Source: Neoconidiobolus thromboides FSU 785
Taxonomy: Eukaryota; Fungi; Entomophthoromycota
Length of the DNA: 38,853 nt
NCBI GenBank assembly: GCA_025603075.1
Contig: MU626439.1
Coordinates: 1-38,853, forward strand
Direction of reading: 5' to 3'
Shown: one piece after another, positions 21,911 to 35,068 of the stretch
How positions within the stretch are numbered: the first letter of the stretch is position 1
How the letters are laid out: every line of letters begins with the position of its first letter
Program-made: the position numbers and the translations under genes
The notes under the pieces: generated by a model
Database searches by the model: none
What the model was told of the DNA's origin: nothing
What the model saw: only the letters and a program-made list of their open reading frames with translations

Positions 21911-24480
21911 TCAAGACTTGAAGCCTTGAAATTTGTTAAAATATAGTTAACAAGTTCTGAGATTTGGATTCAGGTAATAGTACTAGGGATAGAATAAAAC
22001 TATGCAAATTTTGTATCTATAGTCTAAAGTTCTCTTGACCAAGCTATAGCTTTGTATTTTTACATAAATGGTTTAATAACAATAAAATCTCATTCAAATA
22101 GTATAAATAGTAAAATAGTACAAATAGTATAATCAAGAGTTTATTGAAAATTTTAACATGTTTTAACAAATTTGCTGTTATTATGTTAAATATAATCAAT
22201 AATTTTATACAATAAATAGTTTCAAGCTATATCACTTAAAGATAATATCAACTATTTTACAATATAAAGTAAAATTAAGGTTGACCTTGAAGATATATTT
22301 AAACTATGTAAAATATGATCCAGTATTCGATTTATGAAAAATTAAGGTTAATGTATAAAATATTAAAGCTTAAAGTGCCTAAATAACTTATCCTTTCTTA
22401 TTTATCCCTCATATCTAACAGGTTCATTATTAAATGTGACATTTATAAATAAATAAATTTTATTGAAGCTCCATCTATCACGTTTTTCTTTTAATGTTAT
22501 TAATGCCAATGGCATTTTCATCGAAAATCATACATAGTTTTACTTTAATGTAGTACAAATATATCTTAGCCCTTTTTGGCAATAATATATGAGCATATGC
22601 TTTAGTATAGTATACATTAAATTTTTTATAACCTTCTATACAACCTATTTTCTAGCGAAATATATTGAACAGGTTTTTGCTGACCTTATCAGTGTCTAAC
22701 TTACGTCATTTCTAAAAATAAATAATAAAGGGATAATAACATGTTGTGGTTTTCAAAGGTAAAAAAGCTTAAAGTCACATCTTTTTTCAACCAGAGAATG
22801 AATCCATTTGATATTCAAACTTATAATTAATATGCTTTTCCTTATCAAAGTCACTTGACAAGTGTAATTAAATTTTACGCTACACCCTTTTAGTATTAGT
22901 AATATTTTTTCTTCATGATCTTCCTCTAATATCAAATCCTTCCAGGTTAGATTCCTGCTTCTTTATATTTTTTTGACATTATACTTTTACATTTTCTGTT
23001 TTTATGGGAATATCTCATATTACCCAATTTAGTTAAACGGTATTAAAATATAATTCATTCAAGAATTTTCAGGTTTAATAAGTTATGCTCCCATTGTATA
23101 TTTCAAATTCAAATAACCTTTTATTGTAAGAAAAACAAAGTTGAAATAAAGAACGAATTTAGTAGAAAACGTATATGACTTTGTAGTAAGCTTATATAAT
23201 TAAAGATGTTTGTTTAATTTTTATATCTTTGTTCTTGTTGAAATCTTACCAGCTATGATTTTTAGTTTTATTATATAGTATGGACTTTATTAAAGTAATT
23301 GTTAACAATATTCGTCATCAATTTTGACAATGAATATTAAATCCAAGTTGATTTTAAGAATGCAGTGCTCATTAAATGTAATAGCTATAAGTTAGGTATC
23401 TTATATTAAAATATTGAATAAGAAGAAAAGATAGAATAAGAATAAGCTTAGCTTAATGATGAAGTATTTTAAATGATTAAGTAGATCAAAAAGATCAAGG
23501 TATAATGTGTATCAAATTAAAGAATATATGGTTTAAATTCATGTTTAAAATATTCCAAATTATTATCTAAATACTATTTTAAATGATGTATTAATTTAAT
23601 TGAATATTATTTTTAAATAGTAGTGATACAACAAAGTCAATCAAATGACTAGATTGTGGTCATAGAAATCAATAAAAATTTAATAATTTTATGACTTTAA
23701 AAGTATAGTAGAGATTCTTTCTAATTAGTTAAATATACCGTTCTAATAAGTAGTAAAATTCCTTTATACTGATTGTTTTTTAGGTTATAATAAATAAAAT
23801 GATTTAAGTAGCAATATATTGTCTAATTTATACTTCTATCTTATTTAATCTTGGTAGAAAAATTATTAAAATTCAAAAGCAGCCAATTAAAGCATTCTAT
23901 TTTGATTCCAATCAATCAGGAATAAAAAAAAAAATGAATAATGATTTCAAGATTTCAACCATTAAATTAACCTAACTTAAAGAATTAAACTCGAATTTTA
24001 TAACAATACTCAATCAAAATTGCAATATTTTGTACCCTACATTTCCACCCCTTTTTTATTTTTCCAATTTTGGTCTGTATAAACCTAACTTCTTTCAATT
24101 TCTCTCTTTCATTCTAAGAAAGACTGATTTTATGTGTACAGTGTTTCAAATTTTATATACCTATTTTTAAATACATTTGCCATACATTATACATAATCCA
24201 ATTTTATATATACTATTCTGTCTCCTTTCTTTTTGCGAATTCATATTTTTATTCCCTTAAACTTAATCTTTATTAAACCACGTAAAGCCTTTTAATTAAC
24301 TATTGTCTGTAGTATATATTAAGAACACCATATATCAACAACCTTATCCTTGTTTTCTATCAACCTAAGTATATAAATATACAAACTACATTGGACTGAA
24401 TTACCCCAGCTTAATATCCCGCTACGAATCTAACCTTATCTATACAAAATCAACAAAAAGTTCATAACTATACTACATAT

Positions 24481-25342
24481 ATGAGTATAGTATCAAGCAA
24501 TCCTACTTTCATATCCTCCATTCCTGAAGAAGGATTACTTAAAATGGATACCCAAGAAAACAATAACAGTAATATACCATCGGCTAATAATTCAAAATAC
24601 GGGGATATGAAGAAGTTTAATACGGGAACTAGAAAAGTTAATACTTATCCAAGCTCATTAACACCAAGATCCAGTAAGTTTAATGTAATTACTGCTTATT
24701 TTAAATTAATTAATTTTTAGGAAGATGTAGTGAAAATTGGGACGGAGATTTTGAACTTGAGCCAAGAGCTAGCCTAAAAATCCCGACCAGTGTACGTAGC
24801 TCATCTGATCTTGCAAATAAAGATTCTAGTAATTTTAGAAATCTTTCTGAAAAGAAAATAGGTAATCCGACACATTTTTTTACTAATAATATTTATTTAT
24901 CCAAACTATAGTGCTTCGAGATTTACTTCGTCGTGTGCATCTCAAAATGAAGACTGAGCCTGAGAAGGCTTTTGATGAGGTAGGGCAAGCATATAGCCAA
25001 GATTTACAAGAAGCAGATGCGTTAGTTCAACACCTACATGAAGAAAAAGAAAAGGGACTGGCTCCCGATAGTGGTGACGCATCATCTGCAATGGAGTTAA
25101 AAAAGAAGCAAAGGCATAAGATACTTGAACAAAATGAAGTTTTTAAAACTTTATTATCAAGGACTAGACCCCCAAGTCCAGTAACTCCGGATGGGTGCTC
25201 TTTAGCATCGGACTCATCTTCTTCTCAAGAGGGAGATAATGGGTTCTTTCATTTCACTCCAGATGTACTTCCACCCTTATTGGACAAGATGGATATATTA
25301 ATCCAAAGACTGACAGAATATCTAGATTATCTTGAATGGTGA
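24481..25342 (+). CDS. Hypothetical protein, 3 exons (24481-24673, 24721-24861, 24912-25342), 254 aa
   Basis: Canonical GT-AG introns give a 765-nt open CDS. It contains ENWDGDFE..SLKIP, a charged helical middle region and a Ser/Pro-rich segment. Confidence 0.75.
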
Positions 25343-25973
25343 TAAAGTCTAACGCGGGTTATTTATTTATTTGAATTGGGTAACAAAGTTATAACGTCTT
25401 ATATCCCTCCCTTTTTCATTCTCTTTTATCTCATTTTGACTCCTAACTCAGTATCTACAGAACCAACCCTCATATAACTTATCTAAACTGTTTTATCGCA
25501 TATGATACCCTCAAAAGTTAAAGTAACTAGACTGAACATCATGTTATGGTTATGCTTTATTAGTAGTTGGATTTTAAAATTTTAAATACATTTTTAAATA
25601 TAATTATCTTTACACATCTTTTTAACTATAAAAATAAAAACATATCACATATATATAATTTAAGGGTTATATTATATTATAGCAAAATAGTTTACATTTT
25701 TGGCATTTTTTTAAAACAAATATACATCTTTTTAGTCATTTTTAATGGCCGTTTATGAGGTAGATTTGTTTCCAAATATGGTATTAATAAGAGACATCCA
25801 CGTTTTATTTAACATAGCATAATTTTAATAAAGTCTGTTGTGCCTTTTATTGTAGCTTACTTTTATTTAAATGAAAAAATTATTGAATCTGAGTTCCTAT
25901 TTCAGAATCAAAAAAAAAAGAATTGAATCAGAAAATACTTTGAGCAAAGCTTTATATTCGCACGTTAATAAAC

Positions 25974-26147
25974 ATATGGGGATGTATTTTTGTGTTTAAG
26001 AATTTTACTAACAATTTTTCCACTCAAATAGTGCTTCATTCTGTATATAGAAGTGTTTTTTTGGCTTTACTTTTCCCATCTTTTAAGCACTATTTGAGTG
26101 GAAAAATTGTTAGTAAAATTCTTAAACACAAAAATACATCCCCATAT
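25974..26147. mobile_element. Composite MITE with perfect 63-bp inverted arms
   Basis: 25974-26036 is the exact reverse complement of 26085-26147; the loop is 48 bp. Confidence 0.95.
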
Positions 26148-27164
26148 TAATTTTATTGATCAAAAATTAAAAGTCAGTTTTATGGGTTTTTTTAAAATAA
26201 AGTTAAGGTAGCTAGCTCTATTAGAACAAAATCATTTTTATCCGTAAATTTGAATTATGTAACAGATTACAAACTATCATATGGACGGAATTATGAAAAC
26301 AAGGGGGCTTTTAAAATAAACAATTAAGAAAAGTGATAATAATATAAAAATAATAGTATATTTAAAGATATAAATAAAAAGGTATAGAATTAAACTCCGT
26401 TGATTTTAAAGTATAACTTTAAAGCGATTTCTGTAATAAGTGACATTTCATGACATCAAACTTCTATTTAGCTCAGTTCTTTATTTTTATTATTCCAAGT
26501 TATTTTTAGATAATGTTATTAAAGTAAATTAATTTTAATATAATATTATTCTATAAAGCTTTAAAATGGTATTTTTTTACTTCCAATATAATCTTAATTT
26601 ATAACATTATCTCATTAAAACAACCAAGCATAAAGTATCCTAATAGCAAACTATTTGAATCTTTTTAATGGCTTTTGTATCTAGATTTACTAAACTTTTC
26701 CCATATTTAAACTTATCAAAAATAATATTGTTAATACTTATTATAAAAGATAGGTAATCTATAAAAGAACTGAGTTAAATTTAGCAATAAAAAATATTTT
26801 AATATAAATGTGAAGTCGTTAGTAAGGAAAGGCTATAAGCATTATAAATGTGTTATTCAAATGTATATATTTTTTACATAGCTTTATGTTCTATCCTTAT
26901 AATAATTAACTATTTAATTTATAATCATATTTAAATAACGCAATATACTTAAAAATATGCAAAACTATATAATAGGTCATTATAAATCAATTAATATATG
27001 ATCATTTAAATTTAGCTATAAAATTTACAACCTTATATTATTACTTTGTTAATTACTTTGTGATTTGATTTACTATTTTTATAAAGTCAATTTAATAATG
27101 ATTTGCTGAGATTGTAAAAATATTTTCAATTAAAATAATCATAATTACAATTCTTTTTATCTAA

Positions 27165-28011
27165 ATGAAAGCAATTACAGAGAAGGATAATATAAGGAAG
27201 TTTAAAGAAGAAATATATTATCATCCAGGAACACAAGGAAATATTGAAAAATGTCAAGAATGTGGAATGGTCTATAACAAGACAAAAAAGGATTTGGTAT
27301 TCCACAAGAAATATTGTAATAGTAGAAAAGAAGGTGTAAAAATTAAGGTATTTGAAATGATTTAGTTGATTAAGTTTAATCTTTAAGTAGAAAACATACA
27401 AAAATAGTAGTTTGCTAAAGAGAGTTGTTATTCGACCTTTAAGTAAAACTTTGGGTAAAGTTATATTGTTTCATGGCTCAAGGGCTCGAGGATTTGAACT
27501 AAAGAAAGTAGGTCCAAATTTGTTTCATTTATAATAACTAATACAATAATAGTTGATAGAAATTAATGAGTTTATAAATAGAAAGATAGATGGGATAAAA
27601 TTAGAAAATGATGAAATAAAAAATTATAAGGTAATTTATATAAAAATAAATTGAAGTAGTTGAAAAAAGATTTAGTATTTAATATATTTAAATGAATGTG
27701 ATGACGTGATAGGAGTATTAATAAGCGAACATGTTAGTGCTTATAAAAGATTAAACTTTAATGTTGAATTCCTTTGTGATATTAAAAAACAGGAAAAGAT
27801 GATCATTGGAGTTAAGCGTATTTGGACATTAGATAGCTACCGTCAATTGGGAATTGCTAAAACATTATTATCTTGTTTAAGGAATGATGTTTACTATGGT
27901 ATTTCTCAATTGCCATTAAATTATATTGCTTTTTCCCAACCTACAAACTTGGGATTATTCTTAGTAAAATCTTTTTTTAAGGATTATGGAAAACTAAATA
28001 TCTATACTTAA
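27165..28011 (+). CDS. ECO1: Cohesin acetyltransferase Eco1/ESCO; exons 27165-27347, 27391-27507, 27553-27630, 27676-28011
   Basis: Zinc finger CQECGMVY...D...H, plus acetyltransferase motifs GVKRIW...RQLGIAKTLL and IAFSQPT..G. Phase-0 introns join the exons in frame. Confidence 0.9.
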
Positions 28012-28065
28012 AAATAAAAATAAAGTATGAAGACAGCTATAAAAACTAATTTATTTATTAAACTC

Positions 28066-30000
28066 TTAATGACTTAAAAAAGGATCTATATAATTATATA
28101 AACTAGTACTAATTTTTTGTGCTGAAAAATAGTTTGATGCTTTTTGATTTAACTTTTGATTCTCTAAAAACTGGCCATAGTCGCTATCATATAACTCTAA
28201 TACTTGTTGAATATAACTTGAATATTGTTCAGCACTATCAGCTAAAAATCCATAATAATCTATTAAAAAAAAGTAAACATATAAATGACATAAGAAATAA
28301 AAGAAATACCATAATCCTCCTTATTTTGGTTGTTAATAATATCCATCTTTGGACCACCAGAATTATGCGCAATAGGAATAGTACCGGCAGCTAATAGCTC
28401 TACAACATTAATACCGAAATGTTCCATTTTCATAGAGTGTAAGCCAATGACTGAATCACTCAATAAAGATTTTAATTCACTAAATTGTAAGTTCTTTCTT
28501 AATTGAATGATATGTGATAAACCGAATTCATCAATTTTATCTTCAAGTTGTTGATATCTTTCTAAGTCTTCTTCATTCCTTACACTTCCAATTATATTCA
28601 ACTGAACTTTCTTATTCTTTCTATTTCCCCAACCATCAGCAAAATATTTTTTATTTTTATTATATAAATCTTTGATTGCCAATATTTGTAATATTTGATT
28701 TTTTTCTGGCCTATAATGTAATCAAAGCTATTAATAATTACAATTTAATGATATAAACGCTTTACCTAAATTGTGCGATAGATATGATATTTGGATTTCT
28801 ATCTTTTAAGCTTAATTGATTAAATTCTATAGTAGAACATGGTGGATATAAAATATTTGATTGAATTCCCCATAAACTATCAATATGACCTTTAGTCCAA
28901 GATGAATTTACCTATTAAATGTGTTATATATTATCTACTTACATCTAATAAAAATACCATAGTTAAGTTAGAAAAAGAGCCACACCATGAGTACAAAAAT
29001 GCGAAAAATTTATAATAACTAGCAAGTTTAGTATTTATGATAGTACACTTAAAAAACTTACATTAATTTTAAGTTGGATAATACGCTGCTATTTGAAATA
29101 GCTGAAGAATTATTGACCACATCGTCATCTCTTTGTTGAATTGAACTTATCATATCCGTACTAAATAATTAATTTATATTTATATTTATATTTATATTTA
29201 TATTGACAAATACCTGATAGTTGGATAATGTACATATGCTGCAATTTTACAGTCGACTAAGTTTGAAACTAACGGATAGGTGAATGCATACCCCATAGTA
29301 TCTAATTAAAATAATGTAAGCAAAAAACGTAAAAACATATTCTATAATACCAAAAAAGAGGTCTGGAATAAGTTTAGACATAGCTTCCCATCCTAACACT
29401 GTGCTTGCTAAACTTTGGAGCAACATTGTGAACCTTGGGTAGCTAAAAATGGAATAAATATGATTGTTGTGTTTTTAAAATAAATACTTTTTAGCCTCCA
29501 CCCAATTCCTTTTAGTTAAATGAATTAAATACAAAGTATCAACATTAATTTTTATATTAAAGTTAGTCTAAACATTAATATAAGGACATAGTATATTATG
29601 TTTATTGTTATTATTTACCTTAACTTTTTCAACCAATTCTTCTCTTTCAATATCATCTCCAGTATAAATCACATGTACTAAATTTGGATATTTATTTTGT
29701 AATGCTTCTATCATAGCCCAAAGAACTCTTTCACCGCCACCACCATCATTACTAATAATTAATAATTAATAATTAATAATTAAAGAAATAAAGAAGTAAA
29801 GAAATAAATTACCAAAAAGGATGGAAGTAACCAAGAATAAAAGGGGGTAACTGTTCAATATTTGGTTTTGTATTTTGCAATATAACTCTTCTATTTTCAA
29901 TAAAACCTTTTCTTACATATTTTTTTAATTTAAGGTAAAGGACATAGGGCGCTAATAATACTGGTATTATATATGGCAGTAGTAAGAGGGTATTAATCAT
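28066..30000 (-). CDS. ALG11: GDP-Man:Man3GlcNAc2-PP-Dol alpha-1,2-mannosyltransferase, multi-exon
   Basis: Motifs [48 protein letters not shown] and [11 protein letters not shown]; N-terminal transmembrane segment. Confidence 0.95.
29172..29203. repeat. (TTTATA)n microsatellite in an ALG11 intron
   Basis: About 5 tandem hexamers. Confidence 0.8.
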
Positions 30001-30639
30001 TGAAATTGATTGAGCTTGATTTTTTTATATATTATGTTTTGTTTTAATAAAAGTTATATCTAAAATCAAGGTGTATCTTAATTATGAATTGTTTTGATTT
30101 TGATAAAAATAAAAAAAGATAAAAAAGGTAAAGATAAGGCGGCTTACGCTTATTCTAATAGATTTTTGATTTAAAAAAACTAAGGGTCATATAATGGGGG
30201 TAAAGTTTACAAAACGTACTTATAATATTATTATTTTATTAACTACAACATCGTACATAATATGTTTATTTGTTTACAAGCTATAGAATCATAGTTTCAA
30301 TATAATTAATGACAATTTAAAAGTGAGAAATTTAATTACACATGAAATTAAGTGGTAGACACAACTATAGATCTAAAAATAGCAGAACTTAAATTTAGTT
30401 GTGGTAATCTTTTTCGGCCATTCATTGGTTGATGTTGCATTTAAAGTTAAGTTATTATTGGCTATAAACATCTAAAGTTCTTGAATGAAAATAAAATTAC
30501 CAGGTTTACGGAATAATTAAAGTTGAGGAGACTAAGAATTCACCTAAAGTGGTAAAGGTACTCCTACTACTGCAATTCTTATAAACTACAATTAATCTTT
30601 TCAATTTTCACTTTTCACTTTTTATTACAATAATTTTTA

Positions 30640-31233
30640 ATGAAGTTCTCTTCTACTCTCCTTGCTACTGCTTTAGCCATTGGTTCATTTACCAATGCTA
30701 TTGTTTATGATGAATCGCAACGTGAACAGATTTGTGTAGAGACTCAGCAAGATTGTGTAACTGCATGTTACTGCCAAGATAAGTCTGATCCTAAAAAAAA
30801 TGAGTGTGAGCCAAATACCCTTGCATATACATGTCTTTGCGAATCCGGATATGTTCCACCAGTAGCAAGTAATTTTTTTTTAATTTTAGCTTTAAGTCAT
30901 TAAACTTTATTAGATACTACCTTTAGTGCTCATTTCGCAACTTGTAATATTAAGCATTATGAATGTAAAGAAAAGTGTGGAGAGTCCAACTCAACTTGTG
31001 AGAAATGTGAAACCGATCTCTATGCATGTGAACCTAATGCAAGCAAAAATAATAAATGTAAAACTACTGAAAAAGATAATGAAAAGAAAGACAAAGATAA
31101 TGCAAATAAAACTAAGGACAAAGATGAACAAAGAAAAGAACTTGCAGGATCTGATTCTTCCCCAGTTTTCGTTTCATATTCATTGGTTTCCTTTGCTGCC
31201 ATCTCTTTTATGGCTACATACTTTAGCTTATAA
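30640..31233 (+). CDS. Small Cys-rich, probably GPI-anchored cell-surface protein; exons 30640-30868, 30914-31233; 182 aa
   Basis: Signal peptide MKFSSTLLATALAIGSFTNA, 14 Cys, a Lys/Asp/Glu linker and a hydrophobic C-terminal tail after GSDSS. The ORF-track frame 30926-31330 is a shadow frame. Confidence 0.85.
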
Positions 31234-31495
31234 TTCTATTTGGCCTTTCCTTCTAAAAGCTATATCTTTTTTCGCTTGGGTGAATAGTAATATAATTAAT
31301 TTTAATAAAATATTAATAATCAAAATTTAATATCGTTAACTTATATAAACCTCAATAAATATTCTATTTTTAAAATAATTATATTTAATATCCTATCTAA
31401 AATAATCGGAATATTAGTAAGAACACTTTGATCTATTTATGGATTTGTTTATAAAGCTAGTGTATAATAGGAAATGCAATTTTATTAGGTAATAA

Positions 31496-32712
31496 TTAAA
31501 GTAAATAAAATCCAGCAAACAAAGCTAATAAAGGGATAGATGAGAATTGAACTGAAGTTAATGAAGCACTAGGTTCGGAATTTTTACTGCCTGAGTCAGT
31601 ATCATTCAATTTGAGATCACCGTTTCCGTTAGAGTTTGTACAGTTAATTGAGCCAGATGCATGGCCACCGATTCTCTCATAAAAAGCTCCTTCTCCTTCA
31701 CAAGTCAAGTTTGCAAAGACAGAAATGGCACCATCAACAGAGATTTGGTTACTTAGATTTAACGTAGCAATACTTGGGTTTTCAATTGTAAAACCTCCAG
31801 CTACTTTTTCAAGACCCTTGATGTCCAATTTCTTTAAATTAGGATTATTAACAACCAATATGCCATCATGAGTAAGCTCTGCAAGGACAGGGAATAAAGC
31901 CTCCTTGAGTTTAAGATTAGTAGTAAGAGTTAAACTTTTCCCAATTTTTTCAAGCTTTTTGAACTCAAATTTAGTATCGGAGCAACCTGCAAGATGCACA
32001 AGGCCTTTGACTTCTTTGATTTCTGGGGCAGAAAATACACTTGAATTAGTGTAATAAACATCACCGCCAACAGTTTCAAGTTTAAGAGCTTGGATTTTGG
32101 CTGCAACATTGTTGGCTTCAAATCGGACTTCACCTTTAGTTTGCTTTAATTTGGGAAAGTTGATCTCTTGAAGATTAACATTTGAAAATAATTTAACTGA
32201 ATCAACAGATTCGAAAGATAGACCATCAACCTTGGTTAATTGAGTTCTGGAGATTTCAAACTTTCCAACCTTACTTAAACCACCGTTAAAAGTCAATTGT
32301 TGGAGTGGAGTCAAATCCTGCAAAACTAATTCTGTTACCTCACTAAGTTTAGGGAAGTCGAGTTTTCCAAGTCCAGTTAAATTAGCAATGGTAATTTTAT
32401 TGGCAGTTTTAAGCTTTGGAAAGCTAATACCAGAAATAGCTTTGTCCCCAGAGATTTTAAGTTCACCTTCTAACTTCTCAAGATCAGAGAAGCTAACTTC
32501 TGAAATACCAGCATTTTTGAAGGTAATTTTACCACTATAAGTGGAACAGCCAGATAATGATTTCAAGTCGCCTTGTTTTTCAATATCTACATCGTCACTA
32601 CAATCAGCTAAATATAATTAATAAAAGTAATAGTAATGTGATATAAAAAATTACATTGAACATATCCTATAGCAAGGATACCAATTAACAAATTAACTAA
32701 AGTACTTTTCAT
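31496..32712 (-). CDS. ECM33: Ecm33/Pst1-like GPI-anchored receptor-L-domain cell-wall protein; exons 32655-32712, 31496-32607; 389 aa
   Basis: Signal peptide exon, then DCSDDVDIEKQGDLKSLSGCSTYSGKI, repeated xFPxLxxVxGxxxI units and a hydrophobic C-terminus preceded by a Ser-rich omega region. Confidence 0.85.
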
Positions 32713-33667
32713 TTTGAAATAGATAACTAAAAAAACTTTCGTTCAGCTTGTAGTTATATCCTTTTTTGAATAAGAATGTTCTCCATAGAAATTATTTTAA
32801 TTTATTAATCTTTTTAATAATAATAGTAGGAGATGCAAATACGTAGCCAATTATGATAGATGTTCTTGCTTAATTAATATCAGAATATAAATAGATTGTT
32901 TTTTTTCGGCTAACCAGGGGTCCCCCAATAAAATCTCATTAACTTAATTTATGGTTGGATTTAATTGTGACAAACTTTTATCTAATAATAATTAAAATGA
33001 GCAAGCATTCGATCATATTAACCACAAAATCAAAAAAATTCTTTACTTGATAATCTACCAAATACATTATTTATCTTTGGGTTTTTATTAATTAATTATT
33101 TTTTTAAGCAGGTTTACAACATTAAAGATTAACATTAAGTCTACATATTATGAAACAAAGGAAATAAATTAAATTTTAGATACAATATTAACAAGGAGTT
33201 AATATTATATTATTAATTGTTGAAATAAAAACAGTGGATGTTTTATACAGAATCAAGTCAGATTAATTAACTGGTGGCTCTAACAGGAACTAAATTTAGT
33301 CCGACTTAGTGAAGAAAAGTAGTGGAAAATTATATGGAATGGAAAAACGCTATTGACAATTCAAATAATAATTTCAATGTTTGATTATCATAAATTTCAA
33401 ATGTTTATGTATATGAATAGTTGAAGTTTGTATGTATCTTATAAAAATTAAATATACTTAAATGAATTCTAAAGTATCAATAAGCGCTTATATCAATAAA
33501 TGTTGTTGAAATAAACTAACCTTGGCTTCATTATCATATAACTTTTTTAGAATGTTTATTTAGTAATATTTTTGTCAAAAAATACTGTTATTATGCATAA
33601 TCATGAACCTTTAATTATCCTTTAGTATAAGTGATTTGTATTTAATTTGTTACCATACAAAACAGTG

Positions 33668-33771
33668 TAGGAGGGTGCCTTTTTTAGCTTCATCACTTTT
33701 TCTATCTTTTAAGCGCTGTTTGAGTGGAAAGATTGTTAGTAAAATTTTAAACACAAAAATACATCCCCATA
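33668..33771 (+). mobile_element. MITE family copy K
   Basis: aagcgctgtttgagtggaaagattgttagtaaaattttaaacacaaaaatacatcccca|ta. Confidence 0.9.
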
Positions 33772-35068
33772 GTTTATTTAAATAACATAATCCAGGATAT
33801 CAAAAAAAAATCAAGATGCTATAAAAACTCTTTTCATTCAAATTAAAGTTGAGATAATTCTCCACTAACAATAATACACTTATAAATTTCTCAAGTTCAT
33901 TCAAGATCTTTAAAGAAAATGCTGTAAAATGACATCAGCTAAAAGTGCTCCATTGTTTTAAAAAGATAAGACATCTGTCATACAAATAACATTAAAGCCA
34001 AAAACATGTTTGACATTTTTACTTTTATTTTAGTGGCAATCATCCGCTATAAAAAACTCTTTAGTTATAATATTTTAGAAATAATTGCATTAATAAAAAC
34101 TAGATGTTCATATTGTATAATATTTAAGAATGTTGCTGATGAAAATAGGTGGAATTTTAATATCAATTTTTTCAATAAATTTTTCAGCCCAATGATTTGA
34201 AAAATAATTTAATTTGGATCAATGTTTGTAATACTTAAATTAGACTTCTCAGATAATAAATTTCAAAATAAGGTTCGTTTATTTATGTTAAGTATGTTTA
34301 TTTAAATCTGCTGTTAGCTATATTATTAAATATGGCGCAATATTTAGCTTGAACTTTGATTTATTTTCAAATTAAACTTTGATCTAATTTTTTTAATCGA
34401 TTGTAAGCTTCACTATTACCATCTTAAAATACTTTACAGTATTATTAAAAATCAGCAATTTTTCTAGTTACAATTTACTACTGTTACTGAGTTTTCCATC
34501 AAAAAATTTCAAATTATTTGAAAAATTACTTTATATTTCATTTTAGTTTTCATAATAAACATTTGCCTTAGGTTCAATGTTTTTAAAAATGGTGGCAGGA
34601 ATATAATCCTGGTAAGGGAGATATTAAAGTTAACAAAGTATTGTATTGGTGAATCTTAAAAATGATATTATTTTAGTATTAAAGTTAATCTCGAGGCTAG
34701 GTTAAAGCTAATGCTATATTCTATGTAGTGAAAATTTATTTGGATTTTTATAACATAAAACTTTATTTGGCATCAAATGAATTTTTAACCAGACAACTTT
34801 AACTCCTAGTAAAAATTTTGGTAGAGTTTGACTTAAAAATTTTGAAGTTATATTTAATAGCTGTTTCAAATTCAATTCCAATAGATTGCCCACTCCAAAA
34901 TCCTAGAAATCCATTAATTCTTAATATTCAATATTTTAGCCCATAATAAAAGCAGTAACTAAATTGCAGTCACTTAAACTGCAAAAAGTGACCTGAAATC
35001 CAAAAATTAGATCAGATTAAAACCACAAAAATCAGATTATACATTTTTAATTTAGCTTTATTTTCAAA

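Noticed and set aside
22380-22990. ORF 22753..22935 and neighbouring semi-open frames
   Set aside because: No recognisable motif. Possibly decayed transposon coding DNA, but not supportable.
25567-34200. ORFs 25567..25758 and 34006..34200 starting at TTG or ATG
   Set aside because: Phe/Ile/Lys/Asn-rich translations typical of random AT-rich DNA.
34966-35041. Short repeated motifs (gtcact..agtgac; aaaaatcagatta twice) upstream of the CREG-like gene
   Set aside because: Too short to distinguish from chance in AT-rich DNA.
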